Source of the DNA: Candidatus Magasanikiibacteriota bacterium | GTDB taxonomy: Bacteria; Patescibacteriota; Patescibacteriia; Magasanikbacterales; UBA922 | Length of the DNA: 64,000 bases | Direction: 5' to 3' | NCBI GenBank assembly: GCA_052034405.1 | Contig: JBPOIO010000020.1 | Span: forward strand, 9,699-73,698 | Part shown: one piece after another, positions 56,041-64,000 of the stretch | How the letters are laid out: each line of letters starts with the position of its first letter | Numbering within the stretch: position 1 is the stretch's first letter | Program-made: the position numbers and the translations under genes | Notes under the pieces: model-generated | Seen by the model: the letters and a program-made list of their open reading frames with translations, nothing else | Told to the model about the DNA's origin: nothing | Databases searched by the model: none

Positions 56041-57801
56041 TTAGTACCTCTTTTTGGCAAATTTTTTGCCACGTGTGCGTTCTTTGAATATTTGTGGCCG
56101 TGGAGCAGAAGGTCGTGATGTTGCATGTGCTACACTTGTGTGTACTTCCGCACTTGCTGGAGATACAGGCATTTCTCCGGCAGGTTCTATTCGAAGACTG
56201 ACACCATTTATTATGCGATTATTGAGAGCATTCATGAACATGGTCATACGGGTTTTGTCGATTTCAAGTACTGTACTGTCGGCATCGAGTTTGATATCTC
56301 CAATTTGAATACCTTTGATATTTTTTTGTGAGTTTACGATTTCAAAAAGTTTTGGTACAGAAAAACCCTGGCGTTTTCCAATGTTCATGCGCATTTTGGT
56401 CATGCCTTCTGGATTATAAGGGCGTGGTTCAAACAATTTATTTTTATATGCTGATGGTTTTGGATCTTGAATTACGCTACTACGAATATCTGGAAGATTT
56501 TTATAAAAGTTGATAAAGCGGCCGAGTTCGACACTCACAAGGTGATGAATAAGTTCTTCGCGTGTGAGATGTGACAACTTTTCTTCAATGATTGGCATGT
56601 ATTCACTCATGTCTATATCATCACTTTTTGCTGTAGTAATTTTTTCTACTACTTGGAGGAGTTGGGCAGTGCAGATATCTTTTGCTGTTGGAATCATTTT
56701 ACTTTTGAAAACAATACCTGTTTTGCTTTCAATCATTCGAAGCATGTATTTTTCACGCAGGTTGATAATTGCAATAGAAGTACCGTTACTTCCAGCACGG
56801 CCTGTTCGTCCACTGCGGTGTGTATAGTGATCGGTTTTTGTTGGAAGGCCATAGTGAATGACGTGAGAAAGTTCTTTGACGTCGATTCCACGAGCCGCGA
56901 CATCTGTTGCTACCAGAATCTGAATTTGGCGATTGCGAAATGCGGCCATAACTTGTTCACGTTGACCCTGAGAAAGTTCACCACTAATTGCAGCAGCTGT
57001 ATATTTTTCTTTCATGAGCTGCGCGGCAATATGTTGGGTTTCAACACGGGTATTACAAAAAATAATACCATAAATATCTGGGTGCACATCAAGAATACGC
57101 TTGAGTGTTTCGTATTTATCTTTTGCCTGTACCATGTAGTATTCATGGTCGATGGTTGCTGAGCCTTGGTTTTTTACAGAAGTTGAAATTTCTTTTGGAT
57201 TTTTCATGTAGGTCTTGGCAATGCGTTCAACCGTACGATCCATCGTTGCAGAAAACAGCAAAGTTTGTTTGTCTGCTGGTGCTGTTTCAAGGATAGCATC
57301 AAGTTCTTCTTTGAATCCCATTTTCATCATTTCATCGGCTTCATCGAGGATAAGCCATGAAATGCTGTCGATTTTGAGAGTACCACGTTTGACCATATCA
57401 AGAGTACGTCCTGGTGTTCCTACTACGATCTGTGGACCTGCAAATAGGGCGTTGTATTGCGTCACATAGCTATCTCCTCCGTAAATTGCAGCGACTTTGA
57501 TTGCTGGAAATTCAGACAAGAATGCCTTGATATCTTTGCTAATTTGAAGACAGAGTTCGCGGGTAGGGCAGAGGATCAGGGCTTGTGGACGTTTGATTGT
57601 TTCGTCAATTTTTGACAAAACTCCCAAACTAAAAGCACCGGTCTTTCCAGTACCAGTTTGAGCAAGGGCAATGAGGTCTTGGTGAGAGTTTAAGATGTGT
57701 GGAATAGCCTGGGCTTGGATTTCGGTAGGAGTTTCAAAACCAAGTTTTGTAAGTGCTGCGAGAATTTCTGGGCGCAGTCCCAGTGTAGAAAATGTAGCCA
57801 T
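56041..57801 (-). CDS. DEAD-box RNA helicase with DbpA RNA-binding domain (DeaD/CshA-like)
   Basis: AQTGTGKT, PTREL, DEAD, SAT, HRSGRTGRAG. Confidence 0.94.
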   Translation of the reverse strand: MATFSTLGLRPEILAALTKLGFETPTEIQAQAIPHILNSHQDLIALAQTGTGKTGAFSLGVLSKIDETIKRPQALILCPTRELCLQISKDIKAFLSEFPAIKVAAIYGGDSYVTQYNALFAGPQIVVGTPGRTLDMVKRGTLKIDSISWLILDEADEMMKMGFKEELDAILETAPADKQTLLFSATMDRTVERIAKTYMKNPKEISTSVKNQGSATIDHEYYMVQAKDKYETLKRILDVHPDIYGIIFCNTRVETQHIAAQLMKEKYTAAAISGELSQGQREQVMAAFRNRQIQILVATDVAARGIDVKELSHVIHYGLPTKTDHYTHRSGRTGRAGSNGTSIAIINLREKYMLRMIESKTGIVFKSKMIPTAKDICTAQLLQVVEKITTAKSDDIDMSEYMPIIEEKLSHLTREELIHHLVSVELGRFINFYKNLPDIRSSVIQDPKPSAYKNKLFEPRPYNPEGMTKMRMNIGKRQGFSVPKLFEIVNSQKNIKGIQIGDIKLDADSTVLEIDKTRMTMFMNALNNRIINGVSLRIEPAGEMPVSPASAEVHTSVAHATSRPSAPRPQIFKERTRGKKFAKKRY

Positions 57802-57992
57802 ATGGTAAAAATTACGCACATGACTACTGGAGTGTCTTTGGAACCCTTCCAAAAATATTCACTTGAATCAAGTACGAAGTATAAATTGACTTGGAAGTAT
57901 ATCTGAAATTGAGGCAAATGTCAAGTCTTTTAGTTTACGAAAACTTGAAATAAGCGTATAATACGCTATATTTGTAACTTTAAAAGCATCTT

Positions 57993-58436
57993 ATGTGGAA
58001 AAAAATTTATATATTTTTTGATAAGTTAGAAGATCGTGTTCGTGGGCGCCTGAGTCGAAAACCTATTGGTTATGCTTTTTTGGGAGGTGTTGGAGTAGTG
58101 TTATTTTGGCGTGGTGTATGGCATAGTGTTGATTATTTTATGGGACAGTATTTTACTGGACTTCCAAGTGATACTACTTTGAATTTGTATGAACTGCCAT
58201 GGTGGGATGGACCACTATCACTGGTGTTGGGTACGAGTTTGCTGCTCATGAGTGGTCTTTTTGTATCGAACTTTATTGGAAATGAAATTATTATTTCTGG
58301 AATTCGTGGTGAAAAGAAAATGGTAGACAAAACAGAAGACGAACTCGAAATGGAAATCGATGAACTTGCGTTGATTGAACGAGATATAAAAAAAATTTCA
58401 CGACAGCTCACACTGTTGCGTCGTCGAAGGGGCTAA
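57993..58436 (+). CDS. Hypothetical membrane protein
   Basis: 2 TM segments (GVGVVLFWRGVW) and a coiled-coil tail. Confidence 0.7.
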   Translation: MWKKIYIFFDKLEDRVRGRLSRKPIGYAFLGGVGVVLFWRGVWHSVDYFMGQYFTGLPSDTTLNLYELPWWDGPLSLVLGTSLLLMSGLFVSNFIGNEIIISGIRGEKKMVDKTEDELEMEIDELALIERDIKKISRQLTLLRRRRG

Positions 58437-58509
58437 ATTTTTTCTTTTTGTAAAATTTGTGTTATACTATACAAAGTTCACATAAATATTTTATTTTTTA
58501 TTCAAATAT

Positions 58510-58959
58510 ATGGATAGTCACAACCATAAGCACGAAAGCTTCGGTGGAATCGTGCTCAAAGTTTTACTCATTGTCATTATTGGTGGATCAATTTTTGGAG
58601 TTGGTGTATCTGCTGGTATTCGCGCGGCTATTTGGAGAGGTCTTGATGTTCCAAGTCCTGCTTCTCGTGTAGCTGTGATGGAACGTGCTGCCAAAGAAGA
58701 CGAAAAATGGGGATGGGGAAAAGATGACCAAAAAATGACTCGAGTATTTGGTGCTATTACAAAAATAGAAGGAAACCAAATTACTATTCTCAACAATGCT
58801 GCAAAAAATGAAATTGTATTGTCACTTTCTACCACAGTAATTACTTCTTCAAGTACTGAAATTGGTATTGGAGCTCTCAAAGCTGGTCAAAATATTGCCG
58901 CTCTTGGTTCACTCAATGCAAACAACATGTTTGAAGCTCGCATTATTCAAGTTCAATAA
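58510..58959 (+). CDS. Membrane-anchored OB-fold/DUF5666-like protein
   Basis: TM segment, then FG.ITKI...LKAGQNI...A.II.V. Confidence 0.6.
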   Translation: MDSHNHKHESFGGIVLKVLLIVIIGGSIFGVGVSAGIRAAIWRGLDVPSPASRVAVMERAAKEDEKWGWGKDDQKMTRVFGAITKIEGNQITILNNAAKNEIVLSLSTTVITSSSTEIGIGALKAGQNIAALGSLNANNMFEARIIQVQ

Positions 58960-59052
58960 AAAATCGCTGTACCTAGAAAAGAATACCAAACTATGGTATT
59001 CTTTTTTTATAAGTGAAATAAAAATGTCTTTTTGGGAGTATTAGAGATATAT

Positions 59053-59607
59053 ATGAGTGATTTGACTGATGAAGAATTAGCTCAAAAAGTTCAAAAAGGG
59101 GAAACAGAGGCCTTTGGGATACTCATTGAACGTTTTGAACAAAAAATGCTTCGCTATTCGCGGAAGTTTTTGTTTGGATACGAAGATGCCCAGGATGCGG
59201 TTCAGACTGTATTTTTAAAAGCCTATATCAATATTCAACAATTTGATACGAGTAAAAAATTTTCTTCGTGGCTCTATCGTATTGCACATAACGAATTTAT
59301 TAATGTTATCAAAAAAAATGGAAAAGAAAGCGTACCAATTTTTGAACTAGATACTTTGTTTCCACATCTTGAAGCAAAACAAAATTCAGCACGAGATTTT
59401 GAATTGCAAGAGTTACAGGATTTGATGGAGCAGTATTTGAATAAAATTTCTCCCAAGTATCGTGAAATTTTGGTTTTGTATTATTTTGAACAAATGGGTT
59501 ATACTGAAATTGCAGAGATTTTGAAAATTCCAGCTTCTACGGTTGGAGTTCGTCTGAAGCGTGCCAAAGTCGCTTTCAAAAAATTGATACCAATTGAACA
59601 CTTATAA
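59053..59607 (+). CDS. ECF RNA polymerase sigma factor
   Basis: DAQDAVQ..FLKAY, FSSWLYRIA.N, Y.EIAEIL.IP..TV..RL.RA. Confidence 0.93.
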   Translation: MSDLTDEELAQKVQKGETEAFGILIERFEQKMLRYSRKFLFGYEDAQDAVQTVFLKAYINIQQFDTSKKFSSWLYRIAHNEFINVIKKNGKESVPIFELDTLFPHLEAKQNSARDFELQELQDLMEQYLNKISPKYREILVLYYFEQMGYTEIAEILKIPASTVGVRLKRAKVAFKKLIPIEHL

Positions 59608-59609
59608 AT

Positions 59610-60350
59610 ATGGAAGACGAAAAAAAACTTCGTGAAAATATACTTGCTACGATTCAAAAAGGTCAGGCAAAAATGACTCCACGTTGGCATTTTCTTTTGA
59701 AGGCCGCGCTCTTTTTGTTTGGATTTATTTTTATTTTTCTTTGTGCTTTGTATCTTTTGAGTTTTGCATTATTTGTTTTGGATAAAAGTCAGCTTTGGTT
59801 TGTCCCACAATTTGGTAGCCACGGTATATTTATTTTCTTTCGATCACTTCCTTGGCTTTTACTTTTTATTGTTCTTTTGTTTCTTATTGTTTTACAGGTA
59901 CTTGCACGTCATTATTCTTTTTCTTATCAGCGTCCTTTGTTATTTTCACTTTTTGGAATTCTTGTATTTGTAATTATTGGAAGTAGTATTATTCAAAGGC
60001 TTGGATTTCACGAAGGGGTCTCGGAATACTCTCGTCTGCACAAGTTGCCTTTGGCTGCTCCCATGTATGAACGTTTTGAATTTGGAGAAGAGCAGTCTGT
60101 GTATCCTGGAGTTATAGTAGAAATTCGTGATCCAAATTTTTCTATAAAAAGTCGTCGTCAAGAAATATTAAAAGTAGAAGTGACGAGTGAGACTCGTTTT
60201 CCCGCTGGAAAGAAATTTGTGGTTGGGGATGAAGTGTTGGTGTTGGGTGAGCGTGAAGATAATAGTATTGAAGCTTATGGCGTCAGGCCCATTCCACATA
60301 TGCGTGGGAAAATGATGAAATCTTTGCCGCCGCTAGAAGAAAATGAATAA
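59610..60350 (+). CDS. Membrane protein, putative anti-sigma factor (3 TM plus DUF5666-like domain)
   Basis: Starts 2 nt after the ECF sigma stop; TM segments and an extracytoplasmic OB-like domain. Confidence 0.6.
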   Translation: MEDEKKLRENILATIQKGQAKMTPRWHFLLKAALFLFGFIFIFLCALYLLSFALFVLDKSQLWFVPQFGSHGIFIFFRSLPWLLLFIVLLFLIVLQVLARHYSFSYQRPLLFSLFGILVFVIIGSSIIQRLGFHEGVSEYSRLHKLPLAAPMYERFEFGEEQSVYPGVIVEIRDPNFSIKSRRQEILKVEVTSETRFPAGKKFVVGDEVLVLGEREDNSIEAYGVRPIPHMRGKMMKSLPPLEENE

Positions 60351-60483
60351 GAAAAAAAGCCCTTGAAAAAGGGTTTTTTTGTAAGTGAAATATTTTTTGA
60401 GATTGTATTGTAGTAATAAATAGAGATATCTCAAAATTGTACTTTTTAACTTATATACCTTTTAAGACATAACTCTATTCCAT

Positions 60484-60942
60484 ATGAAAAAAACAAAATA
60501 TATTCTCCCAATGCTCGCTATTCCAGCGATAGCACTTACTCTTATTGGATCTAGTGTTGCTTCTGCAAGTGCTGGTTGGAAAAATATCAGCCCAGAAGAT
60601 TTGGCAAAGCGTCAACAAACTATGTTTGAACATCAATCCACACTTCTTGGTATTTCAGTGAACGAAGTAAAAGATGCTTGGGCTCAGGGAAAAAACATAC
60701 AAGATCTTGCCAAAGAAAAGGGAATCAGTGAAACTGACCTCAAGGCAAAAATGGATGCCCAAAGAAAACAAAATCAGCAGGATCGTCTCAAATCATTGGT
60801 GAGTTCAGGAGTAATTACACAGGCTCAGGCAGACCAACGAATGAAATTTGAAGAAAATAATCCAAACAAAGGACGACATATGATGGGGCAGAAAGGTCCT
60901 GGAATGGGAATGCATGGAATGCGTGAAAATCTCAAAAAATAA
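60484..60942 (+). CDS. Secreted helical protein (YckD/Spy-like)
   Basis: Signal peptide, G.ITQAQAD motif, Met/Gly-rich tail. Confidence 0.65.
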   Translation: MKKTKYILPMLAIPAIALTLIGSSVASASAGWKNISPEDLAKRQQTMFEHQSTLLGISVNEVKDAWAQGKNIQDLAKEKGISETDLKAKMDAQRKQNQQDRLKSLVSSGVITQAQADQRMKFEENNPNKGRHMMGQKGPGMGMHGMRENLKK

Positions 60943-61041
60943 AATTTATTTTTAAAAAATACTTGAAGACCTCTATTTTTGTGGAGGTCTTTTTGTATTG
61001 ACTAGGGTTATTTTTTGATTTATACTGATGACTCAGTATAG

Positions 61042-61112
61042 GCCTCCTTGGTTCAGTGGTAGAACGACGGTATCGTAAACCGTATGCGCCAGTTCGATTC
61101 TGGCAGGAGGCT
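61042..61112 (+). tRNA. tRNA-Thr(CGU)
   Basis: GCCTCCT/AGGAGGC acceptor, acggt-ATCGTAA-accgt, gccag-TTCGATT-ctggc; CCA not encoded. Confidence 0.93.
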
Positions 61113-61137
61113 CAAGAATATGTTATACTTATAACAT

Positions 61138-61818
61138 ATGATTAAACTCGTTGGCGTGACCAAACGCTACAATAAAGAAAGTGTTGGTGTTGAAGATATT
61201 CATCTCGCTGTTGATGCGGGAGAATTTGTTTCTATTGTTGGACAAAGCGGAATGGGAAAAACAACACTTATCAAGCTTCTGATTGCCGAAGAACGCCCTA
61301 CACGTGGGCGTATTGAAATTGGTGGTTGGGATATTACTCATGTTTCGCAGGGAGATATTCCACTTCTTCGTCGTCAGATCGGTGTTATTTTTCAGGATTT
61401 CAAATTGCTTCCAAACAAAACTGTTTTTGAAAATGTTGCTTTTGCTTTGCAAGTAGCAGGGGAGAGTGCCTCGCGTGTCAAAGAGGTTGTTCCTGTGGTA
61501 CTCGATATTGTGGGACTCAGTCACAAGATGCGAAATCTTCCAACAGAACTTTCAGGTGGAGAGCAGCAGCGTGTTGCCATAGCTCGTTCACTGGTGCATA
61601 GACCAAAAATTTTGGTTGCCGATGAACCAACTGGAAATTTGGATACGGTAAACACACAGGAAATCATTGAAATACTCAAAAAAATAAATGAATTTGGTAC
61701 GACTATTGTGCTTGTAACGCATAATCGAGAAGTTGTGAATCAGCTCAAAAAACGTGTTGTCACACTCCAAAATGGTCGTATTATTTCGGATGAGCACGTT
61801 GGAAAATATCGTCTTTAG
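61138..61818 (+). CDS. ftsE: Cell division ATP-binding protein FtsE
   Basis: GQSGMGKT, LRRQIGVIFQDFKLL, LSGGEQQR, ADEPTGNLD. Confidence 0.95.
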   Translation: MIKLVGVTKRYNKESVGVEDIHLAVDAGEFVSIVGQSGMGKTTLIKLLIAEERPTRGRIEIGGWDITHVSQGDIPLLRRQIGVIFQDFKLLPNKTVFENVAFALQVAGESASRVKEVVPVVLDIVGLSHKMRNLPTELSGGEQQRVAIARSLVHRPKILVADEPTGNLDTVNTQEIIEILKKINEFGTTIVLVTHNREVVNQLKKRVVTLQNGRIISDEHVGKYRL

Positions 61819-61826
61819 ATTTTTTT

Positions 61827-62735
61827 ATGCTTTCATTTTTTCGAATTATAAAATTTGCGCTTCTCGATATTGGCCGCAACCTCAGTTTGGCATTCATGAC
61901 TGTTTTGATTTTGGTACTCATGATGCTGTCGGTCAATGCACTTTTGGTAGTCCGCTATTTGACCAATCAGTCAATTACTTATGTAAAAGACCAAATTGAT
62001 GTGAGTGTGTACTTTGATCCCGAGGCAAAGGACGAAAAAATAAATGAAGTAAAAAATTATATTGCTGCTTTTCCAGAGGTAACCAATGTGGAGTATATTG
62101 ATCGTGAAATAGTCCTCAAAAATTTCAAAGCAAAACATGCGGATAACAAAGAAATTCTTTCGTCGATTGATGAACTTGGGGTCAATCCACTGGGGCCAAC
62201 CATGATTGTCAAAACGCGTGAACCGAGTGATTACCAAAAAATTATAAAAGCTCTTTCTGTTCCAGAGTATGATGCCATGATTCAAAGTAAAACATTTGCA
62301 GATACCGAAGCAGCTATTCAAAAAATTGATACCGTGACACATCGCGTGGAGCAGCTCAGTTTTGTGTTGATGATACTTTTTGCGTTGATCGCATTTTTGG
62401 TTATTTTCAATACTATTCGTGTTGCTATTTTTACACAGCGTACAGAAATTAGTATAAAAAAATTAGTCGGTGCGACCAATTGGTTTATTCGTGGCCCTTA
62501 TGTGATCGAGTCATTTTTGTTTAGTGTTTTTGCGGTAGCCCTTACCTTTTCTCTTGTGTATTTTGCTTCCAAATTTTTGGATACTTATCTCGTTGTTGTA
62601 TTTGGTCCAGGAAGTACCCTGATACAATATTTTCAAAGCAATATGATCGCTTTGATTCTTGGTCAATTTGTTGCAGTGTTCTTGCTTACACTTGTGACCA
62701 GTCTTCTGGCCATGCGTAAATATCTCAAGGTTTAA
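61827..62735 (+). CDS. ftsX: Cell division permease FtsX
   Basis: NTIRVAI...EI.I.KLVGATNWFIRGP. Confidence 0.93.
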   Translation: MLSFFRIIKFALLDIGRNLSLAFMTVLILVLMMLSVNALLVVRYLTNQSITYVKDQIDVSVYFDPEAKDEKINEVKNYIAAFPEVTNVEYIDREIVLKNFKAKHADNKEILSSIDELGVNPLGPTMIVKTREPSDYQKIIKALSVPEYDAMIQSKTFADTEAAIQKIDTVTHRVEQLSFVLMILFALIAFLVIFNTIRVAIFTQRTEISIKKLVGATNWFIRGPYVIESFLFSVFAVALTFSLVYFASKFLDTYLVVVFGPGSTLIQYFQSNMIALILGQFVAVFLLTLVTSLLAMRKYLKV

Positions 62736-62750
62736 TTTTTAATAAAATAT

Positions 62751-63833
62751 ATGGAAAACAAAAATTGGCCAGTTTTTCTTGGAAGTATTGGTCTTGTGCT
62801 TACTCTTGGTTTAGGAGTAACATTGTATCAAAAACAAAATTCTCTTGAAAATAAAATTACAAATTTAAATTTTATAAGTAAAAATAATCCTCAATCAAAT
62901 AATTTAGATATTGAAGCTCTGAAACAGAAAGTTTTGGATCTTGAACAAAAGCAAAATTTTTCTTCCAATCCAGTTCTTTCAAATATTTTTGAAGACTACA
63001 GTGATCTTTTGTTTACGCTTGCATCTGATCAATTTTTTAAAGAAAATTCAATTAAATACAATGGGGCTCTTCGTTTGCGATCTCGAAATATAAATTTATT
63101 TTCTTTTGATATCCCAGCTTCTACCTATGCCTTTTTTCCGCAAGCACATTATTCCGTAGAGAGATTGGGAGATAAAGATGCTACCCGCCAAGATTCTATT
63201 TTTTTTACACCGCTTGAAAGAGATGCTCAGTCCGTAACCAATGGTTCTTTGCAAATAAAAACATTTTCTTATAGTGGACTTCCGTCGAGTGATTCACATT
63301 GTGCAAATACTGCCTCGGAAGAGTTCAAAAATGTTGCTCTTGTTGTATATCAATTGATGCAAGATCAAGCTGATCTTCAAAAGTATCTTGGATATATCAC
63401 AGACACGTTTGATTTGTGTAAATATATTATTCCACAAAAAGAATTATCATTTGTGGCAGTAGAAATGGGATCGCCTCGGCTTCCAAGCTTTGTTTCGCCT
63501 CCTCTTGCAAAAGATACAAGTACCAAAATAAAAGGTTATATTTTTGATTTTTATAAGCTTGCAGAGGATACTCGGGGTGAAGATAAAATGCCACATAGCG
63601 ACCCTCTTTTGTTTATTGTTCTTCCTTTGCCAAATCAAAATACGTCTGTTTTTCCATATGCAAGAGGTCTTACGGTAACATGGCATACTGGGTTGTATCC
63701 TGATGCTTCTATCTACGAAGACAACAAAGCACTTTTAGAAAAAGGACGAAAGTTGGTTCAAATTACTACTCAATCAATTGCCGATACAACAATTCTTTTG
63801 CCAAGTTGTGAATATGGTGGTTGTGCCTATTAA
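62751..63833 (+). CDS. Membrane-anchored hypothetical protein
   Basis: N-terminal TM segment, coiled coil, large extracytoplasmic domain. Confidence 0.65.
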   Translation: MENKNWPVFLGSIGLVLTLGLGVTLYQKQNSLENKITNLNFISKNNPQSNNLDIEALKQKVLDLEQKQNFSSNPVLSNIFEDYSDLLFTLASDQFFKENSIKYNGALRLRSRNINLFSFDIPASTYAFFPQAHYSVERLGDKDATRQDSIFFTPLERDAQSVTNGSLQIKTFSYSGLPSSDSHCANTASEEFKNVALVVYQLMQDQADLQKYLGYITDTFDLCKYIIPQKELSFVAVEMGSPRLPSFVSPPLAKDTSTKIKGYIFDFYKLAEDTRGEDKMPHSDPLLFIVLPLPNQNTSVFPYARGLTVTWHTGLYPDASIYEDNKALLEKGRKLVQITTQSIADTTILLPSCEYGGCAY

Positions 63834-64000
63834 AAAATTGTTTGTTCTTAGTGGTCTCCCATTTTCTGGGAAAACTACTTGGGCGCGAGAGTTTGTGGGG
63901 GATTCTGTGGCAATCATTTCTCGTGATGAAATTTTGGAAGATATACAAAAAGACGTGTTTTTACAAGCGCGTCTTTTGGTTGAAGCAAAAAAAATCTTGC
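63814..64000 (+). CDS. P-loop kinase (AAA_33-like), 3'-truncated by window edge
   Basis: Manual translation KKLFVLSGLPFSGKTTWARE...ISRDEI. Confidence 0.75.
   Translation, partial: MVVVPIKKLFVLSGLPFSGKTTWAREFVGDSVAIISRDEILEDIQKDVFLQARLLVEAKKIL

Noticed and set aside
57802-57925. About 90-nt leader of the DEAD-box helicase gene
   Set aside because: Only short hairpins such as ttggaa/ttccaa; long leaders are usual for this family and no distinctive fold is evident
44165-61112. All three Thr isoacceptor tRNAs within 17 kb
   Set aside because: Each has its own promoter and ordinary structure; no evidence of a functional link

Overview
AT-rich bacterial chromosomal window, most consistent with a Patescibacteria/CPR (Parcubacteria/ABY1-like) genome. 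This is inferred from host genes lacking Shine-Dalgarno sites, near-consensus sigma70 promoters, single-chain GlyRS, short AlaRS, split ComEC and an orphan TraD/VirD4-like ATPase. It carries the pheT 3' end, rpmA, ftsW-murG, mnmA, alaS, infA-rpmJ-rpsMKD-rpoA-rplQ-rplM-rpsI, an HNH-fused MutS (MutS7-like), a dTDP-sugar/glycosyltransferase locus, comEC, glyS, tpiA, four tRNA genes, an accessory array downstream of tRNA-Thr(GGU), a DEAD-box helicase, an ECF sigma module and ftsEX. Most notable: (1) a tRNA-Tyr(GUA) split in its anticodon by a 207-nt group I intron, with a free-standing HTH-LAGLIDADG-like ORF between tRNA-Thr(UGU) and the tRNA-Tyr 5' end; (2) two very GC-rich single-gene cassettes between host-type promoters and terminators, one bounded by complementary ends that would close the mRNA; (3) a pseudoknotted leader before a tandem zinc-ribbon gene; (4) RpoA lacking its C-terminal domain; (5) MutS7-like and NRS/ER-like genes otherwise best known from giant viruses and eukaryotes. 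All calls come from reading the sequence; no database searches were run.
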